This document shows, in pieces, positions 1 to 9,740 of a stretch of DNA of 64,000 nt. Under the pieces are notes generated by a model. The model saw only the letters and a program-made list of their open reading frames with translations, had not been told where the DNA came from and made no database searches. Made by a program: the position numbers and the translations under genes. The first letter of the stretch is position 1. Every line of letters begins with the position of its first letter. Source of the stretch: Promethearchaeota archaeon (GTDB lineage Archaea > Asgardarchaeota > Lokiarchaeia > Sigyniarchaeales > SOKP01); the NCBI GenBank assembly GCA_029838195.1, contig JALGVJ010000019.1, forward strand, positions 1 through 64,000, in the 5' to 3' direction.

Positions 1-13
1 CGGACTACAAGCG

Positions 14-60
14 AGAGCCGACAAAACTGCGATTGCTATAATCTTGATTTTTGTCGCTCT
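14..60. other. Imperfect stem-loop at window edge, function unknown
   Basis: AGAGC(C)GACAAAA pairs with TTTTGTCGCTCT; inner GATT-GCTAT-AATC stem. Confidence 0.4.
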
Positions 61-188
61 TAAAGTTAAAAGATTTAAAAACCAAGCTAAATTATAAACT
101 TAAAAATACCCTCAAGAAGATTATTTGATATTTATATTGGAAAATTATCATGTAATATTAAAATAAAAAAATTTGTAAGTGAGATATT

Positions 189-914
189 TTGTTATTTCAA
201 ATGGATTTAGCACGATTTTTAACAGTATATATAGCCCAAGGAATTGGTTTCGCTGTATTTGTATATCTAGCCATTAAAATTCTCAAGCGCGATACGAAAC
301 GATTGAACATCATTTTTTCCCTCTTTTTCATTTCTGCCGCCGCTGGACTCTTCATTAATTTCATCTATGCACCTTTAACGAATCCAAACGTGGTGCTAAT
401 CATGAATTTCTTTACGAATTTCGGAATAGTCTTTAGCGTGATATTTCTCTTAGTATTTGACTTGATCATCTTAAAATCAGAGAAAATCATTACACCCAAG
501 AAACAACTCATGATCATCGGAGGATACGGAATTGCTGCGTTTTGCATGTTGTTCTTTTTATTCATTCCAGGATGGGGCGTGCAAATCGATGCTACCACGA
601 ATTGGAAACCCGTCTGGAGCCTCCCTTTTTATTTCTATGTCATATCGATCATGACAATCATGGCATTCCTTCCCACGGTTTATTATTCCTTTAAAATATA
701 TAATCAATTTGAAGATCCCTTGTTAAAAAAAAAGTGGAAATTTTTCATCATAGGGATGCTCGCTCTATACATGTTTTCCTATTGCATTTTTACTTCCAAT
801 TTCCTGAATATAGATGTTGTTAGAACCGTCATGGGCGGTATTGGGTTGATTTTGGGAATTGTCGGTACGAATTTAATGTATTACGGCGTGGGACGTCAAA
901 TTAGAAAAGATTAG
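189..914 (+). CDS. Multi-pass (~7 TM) membrane protein, HisKA_7TM-like sensor domain without kinase
   Basis: About seven hydrophobic segments; KKKWKFF before the last helices; no H-box or ATPase domain. Confidence 0.7.
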   Translation: MLFQMDLARFLTVYIAQGIGFAVFVYLAIKILKRDTKRLNIIFSLFFISAAAGLFINFIYAPLTNPNVVLIMNFFTNFGIVFSVIFLLVFDLIILKSEKIITPKKQLMIIGGYGIAAFCMLFFLFIPGWGVQIDATTNWKPVWSLPFYFYVISIMTIMAFLPTVYYSFKIYNQFEDPLLKKKWKFFIIGMLALYMFSYCIFTSNFLNIDVVRTVMGGIGLILGIVGTNLMYYGVGRQIRKD

Positions 915-1109
915 ACTTGAAAATATAAAAAATTTTCCTTTTAATTTTCATATCAAAATTTTTTTCTTTTTTTTATTTATATTATGTATTACAAGTGGAA
1001 TGAAATGGAATCATTATCTTGACCATTAAAATCCGTCTTTTATGGAATAAAATCCATGGTATCCTCTACGGTGATGCGAGAATTTGTCATTTTAGGAGGC
1101 AAACCATCC

Positions 1110-1457
1110 ATGCAAAATGAGCTAGAAAGAATTCGAGGCATTGGAAAAACCGCTGCGGAAAGATTATATAAGGCGGGAATCCGTACTATCGAACAATTGG
1201 CCAGCTCTACACCAGAGGAATTAGCGTTTGTCAAGGGAATTGGACTCGTCTCTGCGAAAAAATTAATTAAGAATGCTAAGGAAATCTTAAATTTGGAAAT
1301 GGGTATTGAGAGGGTGCTGGAAAGCATAAAAGAAAATTTCATTAAGAATTGTCCGAAATGCGGGGGACGAATGGAATCAAAATACATCATACTCGGTCCG
1401 GATAAAAGAATTAACGTAAATCAATGTAATATTTGTAAATTTTACATGCCAAAATAA
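1110..1457 (+). CDS. Helix-hairpin-helix protein with C-terminal Zn ribbon
   Basis: Two HhH motifs (IRGIGKTAAERL, VKGIGLVSAKKL) and CPKCGG...CNIC. Start moved to ATG 1110 after GGAGG. Confidence 0.85.
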   Translation: MQNELERIRGIGKTAAERLYKAGIRTIEQLASSTPEELAFVKGIGLVSAKKLIKNAKEILNLEMGIERVLESIKENFIKNCPKCGGRMESKYIILGPDKRINVNQCNICKFYMPK

Positions 1458-1580
1458 CCTTTCTCCTTTTTTTACATGATGTTCTAAAGCGTGTCTTTCA
1501 TGGGCGAGTTTCTAAAAGTATCAAATTTATTCCAAAATTCCCGAAATAATCGTTAGAAAAAAAATCTTGTTAAAAAAGTA

Positions 1581-2339
1581 TCACGTGGCTTTTATCAAGG
1601 CCATTAATTTGGTAAATATCTCACCAGCTTTACCTCTTAACACCACGTCCGCTATATCATCCATGAATGTTTCCTCTTTATTAATGAATATGAGCTTAGC
1701 CCCTTGTTGCTTAGCAAGGGATGGCAGTAAATTTGCGGGACTCACCACTAAAGAACTACCCACCATTAAGAAACAATCTGCCTCGCAGCATGCTTTCATG
1801 GCTTCATCCATTACATGACTAGGTAAGGATTCTCCAAATAATACCACTTTCGGCTTGATAAATCCCGAACACTCGCAAATGGGATATTCAACATTTCTCG
1901 TATCAATTTCCTCTAATTTGTATTCCCTTCCGCATCGGATGCAATGTAATAGTCCATACGTGCCGTGTAATTCATAAATCGGAATCCCTTTATAAGACCC
2001 ACTGCCCGCTTTTTGATGCAACATGTCAATGTTTTGCGTGATAATAGCTTTAACCTTTCCCATTTTCTCTAATTCCGCAATCGCATGATGAACCGGATTA
2101 GGTTTGGCTTTTTCTAACACATCTTCCAATTCCCGATGCATTTTCCAAAAAGGAGCCGGGTCCTGAATAAAATAATAATAGTTCGCATACACAGAAGGGT
2201 CATATTTGCTCCATAATCCTCCCTCACTCCTAAAATCAGCAATCCCCGACTCGGTAGAAGCCCCTGCGCCCGTGAAAACCACGATATTTTGCGAATCTTT
2301 AATGACCCGTGCAGCCTTTTTGAGATCTTCTCCATTCAT
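1581..2339 (-). CDS. cobB: Sir2-family NAD-dependent protein deacylase
   Basis: TGAGASTESGIADFR, TQNIDMLH, ELHG, CxxC/CxC zinc site, GSSLVVSPA. Confidence 0.95.
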   Translation of the reverse strand: MNGEDLKKAARVIKDSQNIVVFTGAGASTESGIADFRSEGGLWSKYDPSVYANYYYFIQDPAPFWKMHRELEDVLEKAKPNPVHHAIAELEKMGKVKAIITQNIDMLHQKAGSGSYKGIPIYELHGTYGLLHCIRCGREYKLEEIDTRNVEYPICECSGFIKPKVVLFGESLPSHVMDEAMKACCEADCFLMVGSSLVVSPANLLPSLAKQQGAKLIFINKEETFMDDIADVVLRGKAGEIFTKLMALIKAT

Positions 2340-2618
2340 GATTAATTGAAATATTATTTTTCATGGGATCAAAACACGATATTATTTTTGTTTTTTCTCC
2401 TTTTAAGAATTAATCATCCATAACATAACAAGTTCGATCACATGGTTGAACTCGCTTTACACGAGTTCCTAACCAAAAACCAAGCAATTATTTCAAGTGA
2501 GAACTTCTCGAATTTTTACGATAAAAACATGAATGTCCTTGAATCAAGGTAAAACTAATATAAAAAAAATAAAAATAAAAAATGAATAAACTCTTGAATA
2601 GGAGTTAAACTAAATGCT

Positions 2619-4058
2619 TTATTGGTTCTCTAATTCCATCGCTTTCAATTTTTTTCTGTTTTCAGCCACTTTTTCCGGCGTCAAGTCAAAATATTTCCAA
2701 AAAATTAGACCGGTAATCAGCATTAAAATAGCAGGAACTATTGCCGTGTGGATTCGAATGCCAAAAACTGCTAATGGGGTTTGTGTGGGCGAGCCTTCCA
2801 CGAAGCCCGTAAATATATGAGAAAGAGCAATGGTTACCGCTATGAATGTTTGACCAAATTTGATGATAAACGATTGAAATCCATAGAAAATGCTATATTG
2901 CGTTTTTCCCGTGCGAACAGATATGTCATCAAGGACATCTCCCATTAATGGAGGGTCTATGTACCAATTGGCGCCAATGCCTATTCCAAAAAATATTAAA
3001 CTAATGATCCAGCCAATTAACGTGGAGACAAAAATCAAGGGCAAGAACGTGGCAAATAATAAAAAGCAAGAGATAATTCCTATTAGGCGATTATTTTTAA
3101 TGCGATTAGCCAATATTGTCCATAGAGGAACGGATATTAACGCCCCTAATAACATCGCTCCCAAGAGAAAGGTTATTGCTGATGCTTCTTCATGCAAGAT
3201 ATACGTTGTAACGTAAAAAGCAGAGGTCTGAATCATAACACCACCAACCTGGTACCCAAAAAAATGTATTATTTTTAAGATAAATCGTTTTTCTTTCAAT
3301 ACTTCTTTAGTAGATTTAATAAAAGGAGGCACTTCTAATTTTATTCCCGATTTGATTCTTTGTTCGTACATGTTGCGAACGCGCCTATCTTCATAAACGC
3401 CAGGGAGGATGAATAAGAAAATTATAAAGCCAAATCCAACGGTCACGAGTGCTGCATTCACGTAGGTGGCGGGGTCAAACGTTTTTATAAACATTGGCGG
3501 GATGATTGCAGCTAAGACTAATCCGATGATTCCTAGAATCGTACCAAAACCTTGCACGGTCCGTCTTTCATTTAAGCCTCTGAATTTATCCGGATAAAGG
3601 CTGACAACATTCACGTCATATACGGTAATGCACGTGTCATAGAGGCAGAGGGTTCCCACTTCCCATCCAAAAATAGCCCATTGATGTTCGGCTACGATTT
3701 CTGGGGAGCCGTACCAATTAGAAGGCACGAGATAAATTAATAAATAGGAGATGAGAAATGGAAATGCTCCGATTATTATCCAAGGAAACCGTTTAAATCC
3801 TTTTTTGTTCCATGGCATGCGAGGGTGAATTTTTTCTATCATCCAGCCCGTAATTGGATCATTTATGGCATTCCAGATGGAATAGAGCACGAAGGCGAGA
3901 GCTGCAATGGCGGAGGACAACCCGATAACATTTTCATAGAAAAAAAACACGGAAAATCCAAAGGCAGCGGCAACCCATTGGCCGAATAATTCGCGGGCGC
4001 CATAGCTTGCCATGATTCGCTTGGGATATTGAGGTATTTCTTTTTCTTGTTCCGTCAT
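2619..4058 (-). CDS. MFS transporter, GPH (MelB-like) family
   Basis: WNAINDP, RFPWI, ~12 TM, C-terminal FDLTPEK. Confidence 0.9.
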   Translation of the reverse strand: MTEQEKEIPQYPKRIMASYGARELFGQWVAAAFGFSVFFFYENVIGLSSAIAALAFVLYSIWNAINDPITGWMIEKIHPRMPWNKKGFKRFPWIIIGAFPFLISYLLIYLVPSNWYGSPEIVAEHQWAIFGWEVGTLCLYDTCITVYDVNVVSLYPDKFRGLNERRTVQGFGTILGIIGLVLAAIIPPMFIKTFDPATYVNAALVTVGFGFIIFLFILPGVYEDRRVRNMYEQRIKSGIKLEVPPFIKSTKEVLKEKRFILKIIHFFGYQVGGVMIQTSAFYVTTYILHEEASAITFLLGAMLLGALISVPLWTILANRIKNNRLIGIISCFLLFATFLPLIFVSTLIGWIISLIFFGIGIGANWYIDPPLMGDVLDDISVRTGKTQYSIFYGFQSFIIKFGQTFIAVTIALSHIFTGFVEGSPTQTPLAVFGIRIHTAIVPAILMLITGLIFWKYFDLTPEKVAENRKKLKAMELENQ

Positions 4059-4244
4059 TTTTCATTTTCAATTTTTTAATTTTTTTAACGGGGAAAAAAA
4101 CATTCTTTTTCAAATGAATAATTTTGTATTAAATAGGTTTTAAAAGTTACTAAAAAAATGGGGGAAGGGAAAGAATAGGGGATTTATATTAGATAATCCA
4201 TTAAACACCTTATTAAATTTTTAAGAAGGGGATATTTTTATGTC

Positions 4245-4970
4245 ATGAAAGACACATATAAACCAAGGAAAAATAAGGGATTAATGAATATGAAAATAAT
4301 GGTTTTTGAGCCACATCCGGACGATCTTCTTTTTGGTCCGGGACCAATCTTGCTGGAATGGATAGAAGAAAAAAGGAATGATATTCATGTGATCACGGTC
4401 ACGGATGGAAGGGCATGTTATCGAGGAGGAGATGTTTATGCGCCAGAGGTAAAGGATTATACTGAAGATGATGTAGCGCGCATGCGGATAGAGGAGGCAA
4501 GAAAAGCCATTTCTTTTTTGGGACTTCCTGAAGAGAATCATTATTTATTTTATTTTCACGATGCTGATGGTTCCAAGTACGTAGCGAAAGGGATAGAAAA
4601 AGCAAAACCCTTGCTTCGAGACGTGGACCGTTTAGTGTGTCCGAGTAAAAATAATAGACACATGGACCATCAAGCCACGCATGATATTGCGGTGGGAGCT
4701 GCAAGAGAGTTAGAATTAAAGGATATAGAGTATTTTATCTATTTCATACCTTCTTATGGGCAATTTCATGAAGATTCTAAAGAAAAACAGTTTGAATATA
4801 CCATTTCGGAAGAAAAAGCCAAGGTATTGATGAACTGGCTTCAGATATATCAATCTCAAGCAAAAATAAAATACACGTGGAAGATGTATACTCGTTTTTT
4901 AAAGAACATTCGAACGTGGAAATATGCGATTTTTAAATATAACGATATGGGTAAATATTATAATTTTTAA
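4245..4970 (+). CDS. PIG-L/LmbE-family deacetylase
   Basis: PHPDD, TDG, R..EA and HMDH motifs, YQSQ; true start may be 4284 or 4290. Confidence 0.9.
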   Translation: MKDTYKPRKNKGLMNMKIMVFEPHPDDLLFGPGPILLEWIEEKRNDIHVITVTDGRACYRGGDVYAPEVKDYTEDDVARMRIEEARKAISFLGLPEENHYLFYFHDADGSKYVAKGIEKAKPLLRDVDRLVCPSKNNRHMDHQATHDIAVGAARELELKDIEYFIYFIPSYGQFHEDSKEKQFEYTISEEKAKVLMNWLQIYQSQAKIKYTWKMYTRFLKNIRTWKYAIFKYNDMGKYYNF

Positions 4971-4998
4971 AGGTGGAAAAAACAATGGGAGATTTTAA

Positions 4999-5996
4999 AT
5001 GAGAGAACTTCACGAAAAAGCGATAAAAAAGTTTGTTGAGTAATTAAAAACTCAAGAGCAATATTTGGCTTTAATAATTGGAGGATCCGTTGCTAAAGGG
5101 CTTGAGAGAGATGATTCGGATATTGATGTCATTCTTGTTGTAAAAGATGATTATTATGAAAAGCAAAAGAAAAAGCGCAGGTTATTATATAGTTCTTCAG
5201 TTTCTCAAGGAAGTAGCTGAAAGAGTGAGGGGTGTCTTCCACGACATAAGGATGAATTAATTCAAGAGATACGTTCCAACTATTCAAGAAGGTTTCAATG
5301 AGAAACAGCCCTTTCCGCTTGTCATTGAGCCCAGAGCCCACGTCTGAATACACCTTGTAGAGGCGATATCCTTTTCTCATGGCATGCCCCTTGAGAAGGG
5401 CAAGCTGTCGATTTAAATCTCCCGATGCCTTTTGTCGAGTGCCGGACACTCGTCCGTAGAGAGCCACCTTCTTTTTTTCATGGGACTTCGTTTTTTCCCG
5501 AATCAACGCAACGCCAAGATGCGTGCTCTCTTGTATCGTCGATGATTGCCAGGTGTCCAGAAATCTGCTTTAGATTTTCCCGAGCGATCCCACCTTCTTA
5601 AAGTTTTAGTACTGACGCCGAATGAGGAGGCAACATATCCGATGGAGCGAGAGAAAGAAAGAGCTCATGAAGAATGCTCAAGAAAGACAATAAAAAACCC
5701 CTTTATTTTTGTGTTCATGTCTAATTTTGCCCAAAATTGGTTTGACTAGTCGGCGACTGTTTCCGTATCAAAAATTATTCATGAATGTGTTAGAAAAGGC
5801 TCCGGAGAAGCCGGAAAACTTTCTCGAATTGATGAAAAATGTATTAAAAGCGCCTAATCGGGAAAATGTTGAAGCCTTATATAATGCGGTCAAAAATTTC
5901 AAAAAATAGAAAGTGCGGGGATTTTGGTCAAATCATTTCCTTTTTGATTCCGAGCTGGCATGGTTAGAAGGAAAACCATGGGTTGGCGATCTCTAA
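4999..5996 (+). pseudogene. Nucleotidyltransferase pseudogene interrupted by an IS607 relic
   Basis: Manual translation from ATG 4999: MRELHEKAIKKFVE*LKTQEQYLALIIGGSVAKGLERDDSDIDVILVV (GS..G...DxD motif; premature TAA 5041). Resumes ~5750 as RRLFPYQKLFMNVLEKAPEKPE...KK*KVRGFWSNHFLFDSELAWLEGKPWVGDL*. Confidence 0.8.
5200..5750 (-). mobile_element. tnpA: Degraded IS607-family element (tnpA serine recombinase, frameshifted, no tnpB)
   Basis: MerR-like HTH SIGYVASSFGVSTKTLRRWD...TPGNHRRY (~5650-5515), then in another frame VALYGRVS..RQ...DLNRQ...DVGSGLNDKRKGL. The DRLxRFG segment is missing. Visibly more GC-rich than the flanks; ends approximate. Confidence 0.85.
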
Positions 5997-6059
5997 TATT
6001 TTTTTTAATTGTACGATTTTAAATTTATTTTAAAAGCATGTAGTCGGGTTATTGAAAAA

Positions 6060-7706
6060 CTATTTCCCATGTCTAAGAATTTTTCCCGGCAGGTGCTCTG
6101 AGCGCTCTCCCTCTCGTAGAACTATAGTACCATTTACAAGAACATGTTTTATTCCAATGGGATATTGATGTGGGTTAGTATATGTAGCCGTATCGATAAT
6201 TGAGGCCGGGTCAAAAATCACGATATCAGCATGAAAATTAGGGCGAATTAATCCTCGATCAAGAATGCCCGCTAATTGGGCAGGCAACGATGTGCTTTTT
6301 CGAATCGCTTCTTCAAGAGAGAGGAGTTTGCGTTCTCGCACGAATTCTCCAAGAAATTTTGGATAGGTTCCATACGTTCGTGGATGAGTTAAGTTTTTAG
6401 AAGTAATGCCTTGGGAGGCCCGAGGCGCAGAATCTGTTTCGAAAGCAATGATCGGGCTTCTTAGAAAGTTAATTATGTCTTCCTCTCCCCGTAAATGGGT
6501 AATAATGACTTCGGGATCCAATTCCTCTTCGATGAGCAAATCAATGAGCGTTTCAAAAGGATCTGCTTCTTGCAGCTTGGCTATTTCTGAGAGATTCTTC
6601 CCCTCGAATGGACCATATTTTTCTGATTTTAAACCCAATGGCAAGATATTTTCCACTCCTAAAAGATCAAATGGGACCCATTCAGGCCAATCTTCTTTTT
6701 TTTCCGGCCCGTTTTTTATTTGATGGATGATCAAATCCCGTGTTTCAGAATGTTTCAGGCATTCCAAGGTTTTCTTTTTTCCACCCTCATAGGACCAAGG
6801 AGGAAGGAGCATTAAAATATCCGTATTTACAGAATCATAAGCATGCATATCGCTTCCCACTTCAATTCCGTTATCCCGAGCTTTTTTTATTAACCTTAAA
6901 AACGTTTTACTGCGCCCCCAATATGGACTTCCAAAAACGGAGGCATGAGAAATTTGAACTTTTACTCCTGTTTTTTCACCGATTTCAATTGCCTCTTGAA
7001 CGGATTTTCTTAATTCACCCGCGTATGATCTCAAATGAGAGTAATAATATCCATTATATCTCGCAACAATCTTGGCTAATTCAATAATTTCCTCAGTTTT
7101 AGCAAACCATCCTGGTGGATAAAACAATCCCGTGGAGATTCCCATAGCGCCCGAGTTCATTGCTTCTATCACGTACTCTTTCATGAGATCCAGTTCTTTT
7201 TCCGTAGGAGCACGATCATCGAACCCCATGACAGCAATTCGAATGGTGCCGTGCCCTACTAATAATTTCATGTTACTCGCTATTCCAATTTCCTCAATCT
7301 TACTCAAATATTCCCCGAAAGTTGTCCAGTCAAATTTATGAGAGTCATGCGAAGGTATAATAGCCCCTAAATATTTTTTTAAAAGATCTAATTTTTCCGG
7401 ATTGATTGGTGCCAAGCTATACCCGCAATTTCCGGCAACATGGGTGGTAATACCTTGCCGTATGGAACTCTCTTGCTTTGGTTCTAAAAAATTAGTAGCA
7501 TCCGCATGACTATGAATATCAATGAAGCCGGGAGATACTATTAATCTCTTCGCATCAATTACTTGGTCGGCATTCTCGCGTTCTAAATAACCAATTTTGG
7601 TTATTTTCTCTCCCTCAATTAGAAGATCCGCTTGAAACCATGGATTACCCGTTCCATCAAGGATCTTTCCATTTTTAATGATAATACTCAAAATGAATGA
7701 CCTCAT
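6060..7706 (-). CDS. N-acyl-D-amino-acid deacylase (amidohydrolase family)
   Basis: PGFIDIHSH, GNCG, STGLFYPPG, HPRTYGTYP, ADIVIFDP. Confidence 0.92.
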   Translation of the reverse strand: MRSFILSIIIKNGKILDGTGNPWFQADLLIEGEKITKIGYLERENADQVIDAKRLIVSPGFIDIHSHADATNFLEPKQESSIRQGITTHVAGNCGYSLAPINPEKLDLLKKYLGAIIPSHDSHKFDWTTFGEYLSKIEEIGIASNMKLLVGHGTIRIAVMGFDDRAPTEKELDLMKEYVIEAMNSGAMGISTGLFYPPGWFAKTEEIIELAKIVARYNGYYYSHLRSYAGELRKSVQEAIEIGEKTGVKVQISHASVFGSPYWGRSKTFLRLIKKARDNGIEVGSDMHAYDSVNTDILMLLPPWSYEGGKKKTLECLKHSETRDLIIHQIKNGPEKKEDWPEWVPFDLLGVENILPLGLKSEKYGPFEGKNLSEIAKLQEADPFETLIDLLIEEELDPEVIITHLRGEEDIINFLRSPIIAFETDSAPRASQGITSKNLTHPRTYGTYPKFLGEFVRERKLLSLEEAIRKSTSLPAQLAGILDRGLIRPNFHADIVIFDPASIIDTATYTNPHQYPIGIKHVLVNGTIVLREGERSEHLPGKILRHGK

Positions 7707-7938
7707 TCATGATGTCTTGTTTTAAATTTTCGAGTTATCTCTTAATAAATTTTATTTTTTTTTCCACCCTATTCTTTTAGAATCGAATAACTAATTTACA
7801 TTTTTATTTTCATGAGATAGTTCATATCAAGTATTAAATAACTTTAACTTCAGGAAGCTTCAATTTCCAAAAAAAACCATTAATTCTAAAAGCTACTTTC
7901 TCAAATAAAAAGAGGAGTTAAAATAAAAAAGAGGGGAG

Positions 7939-9351
7939 TTATTCAACCTTTTGACAAATATTGTCTATTTTTTTAATGGTTTCATCAATGATTTCATCCG
8001 TATGTTTAATACACGTGTAAAAACGGCTGCCTGCCACGCTAATGATTTCTTGATCCACTAAAGCTGCGCCCATGTGCTCCATGAATTCTTTCCGTTCTTT
8101 AATTTGAGGCGCTTGAGAGGGATTCGTTATATCTAAGCCAAACACGCAGCTCGTTTGAAAATGAACAGTAGCATTATAGTTATATGAAAACCATGGTAAA
8201 TCATATTGAGCGAAAACTTCATTCAATCCATTTGACAAGCGAGTTGCGGCTCTGCCCGCTATTTCCGTAGCATTTGTTTTTTCCACGAATTTAATTGCCC
8301 AATAAGCTGCAGCACAGGTCAAGGGATTTGCTGCCAGAGTACCCCCGCAATAAGCCCGTTTGGTACCTCCTCCGACACCTGCCGCTACCGTGGACATTAC
8401 ATCTTCCCTTCCTCCAATAGCTGCCGCTGAAGGATATCCATGACCCACGATTTTACCAAATACAGAAATATCGGGAGTATAATCAAAATATGCCTGACCG
8501 CCGCCCATGTGGAGTCTAAACGCTGCCACCACTTCATCTGAAATTAATAACGCATCATTCTCTCGACATAATTCTTCGACTTCCTTATTGAATCCAGGTT
8601 TTACAGGAATGGCCCCTGATTCACCTCCCATGGGTTCAATGATGACGGCAGCTACCCTTCTTTTCTCTTTAAACATTTTCCTTAAGGCCTCAATATCATT
8701 TGGGGGCGCAGAATCTATATATTGAAAGATTGGTTTTGGAATACCATGGGATTCCATCCGTTTCGTTCCTGGGATGTGCATGTCATAAACTAATTGATCG
8801 GACCATCCATGATAACTCCCTCCAATTTTTATGACATGATTTCGACCAGTAAACACTCGAGCCACGCGAATAGCAAGCATGTCGGCTTCGGTTCCACTCT
8901 GCAACCAGCGAATTTTCTCACATGATGGAAAATGTTTTTGTAAAAGTTCTGCGGCTTTATATTCATATTCATGGGTTATTCCATGACATGAGCCAATTTC
9001 TTGTATTAGTTCCGTGATTTTTTCCGTAAGTGGTTTATAATTATGGCCTAAAATAATCGGGCCTCCACACATTAAATAATCCGTGAGGACTACATCATCA
9101 ACAGTTTGCATGTAGCAATCCCATACCTTCTTGCTTTCCAATGGAAAGGGATAATTGAAGGCAAGATTATGCTCTACACCTCCCGGAATGATCTTTTTTG
9201 CTCGCTCAAAAGCTTGTTTAGATTTAGCGTGATTTTTTTCATATCGCTCTACTATTCCTCGCAATTCTTCCGGTTTGAATCGTTTCATGGGGGACGTTAC
9301 GATTGCATTTATACGCCTAATTTGTTCCTCATATTCCATGTTCGTACTCAT
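7939..9351 (-). CDS. Class III PLP aminotransferase, glutamate-1-semialdehyde 2,1-aminomutase-like
   Basis: IPGGV, SGTEA, GSYHGW, ISDEV..FR, FGK (PLP lysine), GGTLAANP. Confidence 0.88.
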   Translation of the reverse strand: MSTNMEYEEQIRRINAIVTSPMKRFKPEELRGIVERYEKNHAKSKQAFERAKKIIPGGVEHNLAFNYPFPLESKKVWDCYMQTVDDVVLTDYLMCGGPIILGHNYKPLTEKITELIQEIGSCHGITHEYEYKAAELLQKHFPSCEKIRWLQSGTEADMLAIRVARVFTGRNHVIKIGGSYHGWSDQLVYDMHIPGTKRMESHGIPKPIFQYIDSAPPNDIEALRKMFKEKRRVAAVIIEPMGGESGAIPVKPGFNKEVEELCRENDALLISDEVVAAFRLHMGGGQAYFDYTPDISVFGKIVGHGYPSAAAIGGREDVMSTVAAGVGGGTKRAYCGGTLAANPLTCAAAYWAIKFVEKTNATEIAGRAATRLSNGLNEVFAQYDLPWFSYNYNATVHFQTSCVFGLDITNPSQAPQIKERKEFMEHMGAALVDQEIISVAGSRFYTCIKHTDEIIDETIKKIDNICQKVE

Positions 9352-9740
9352 ATCTTTCTTTCAACCTATTTTTAATGTTTTTGAATGTTTTAATTTTAAA
9401 ACTATTTAAAAAATATTGTTCAATTATTTTGATGAAATTTTGGTAACATAATGGTTCAATCAATAAAAAATTCTCATTTTGAATAAAAGGAAATTTCAAT
9501 GAACATGAAACCATTTTTATTCACGAAAAATGTTCTCCTTGAGTATAATTTGGTTAAAATTAATAGTTCTTGACGTAAAATCTTAAGTTAAACTAATCCA
9601 TTCAGTTAAATATATTAATGAATTAAGAGTAAAGCATGCGTGAATTTTTCATTAAAAAAGAAGAATATTCTTTTATTAGATTAAGTCAATTTTTAATATA
9701 AGATTCACTTTTTAACTTGTTAATTTAAATGGTGTAAAAA

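Noticed and set aside
1-60. SECIS, SRP RNA or tRNA identity for the edge hairpin
   Set aside because: No AUGA/GA quartet and no cloverleaf; only a short UGUAG match to the SRP Alu domain.
5546-5749. 67-aa + strand ORF
   Set aside because: Antisense of the IS607 tnpA HTH region.
7939-9351. Calling the aminotransferase hemL
   Set aside because: Divergent motifs (DEVVAAFR), an N-terminal extension and sugar-catabolic context suggest a paralog.
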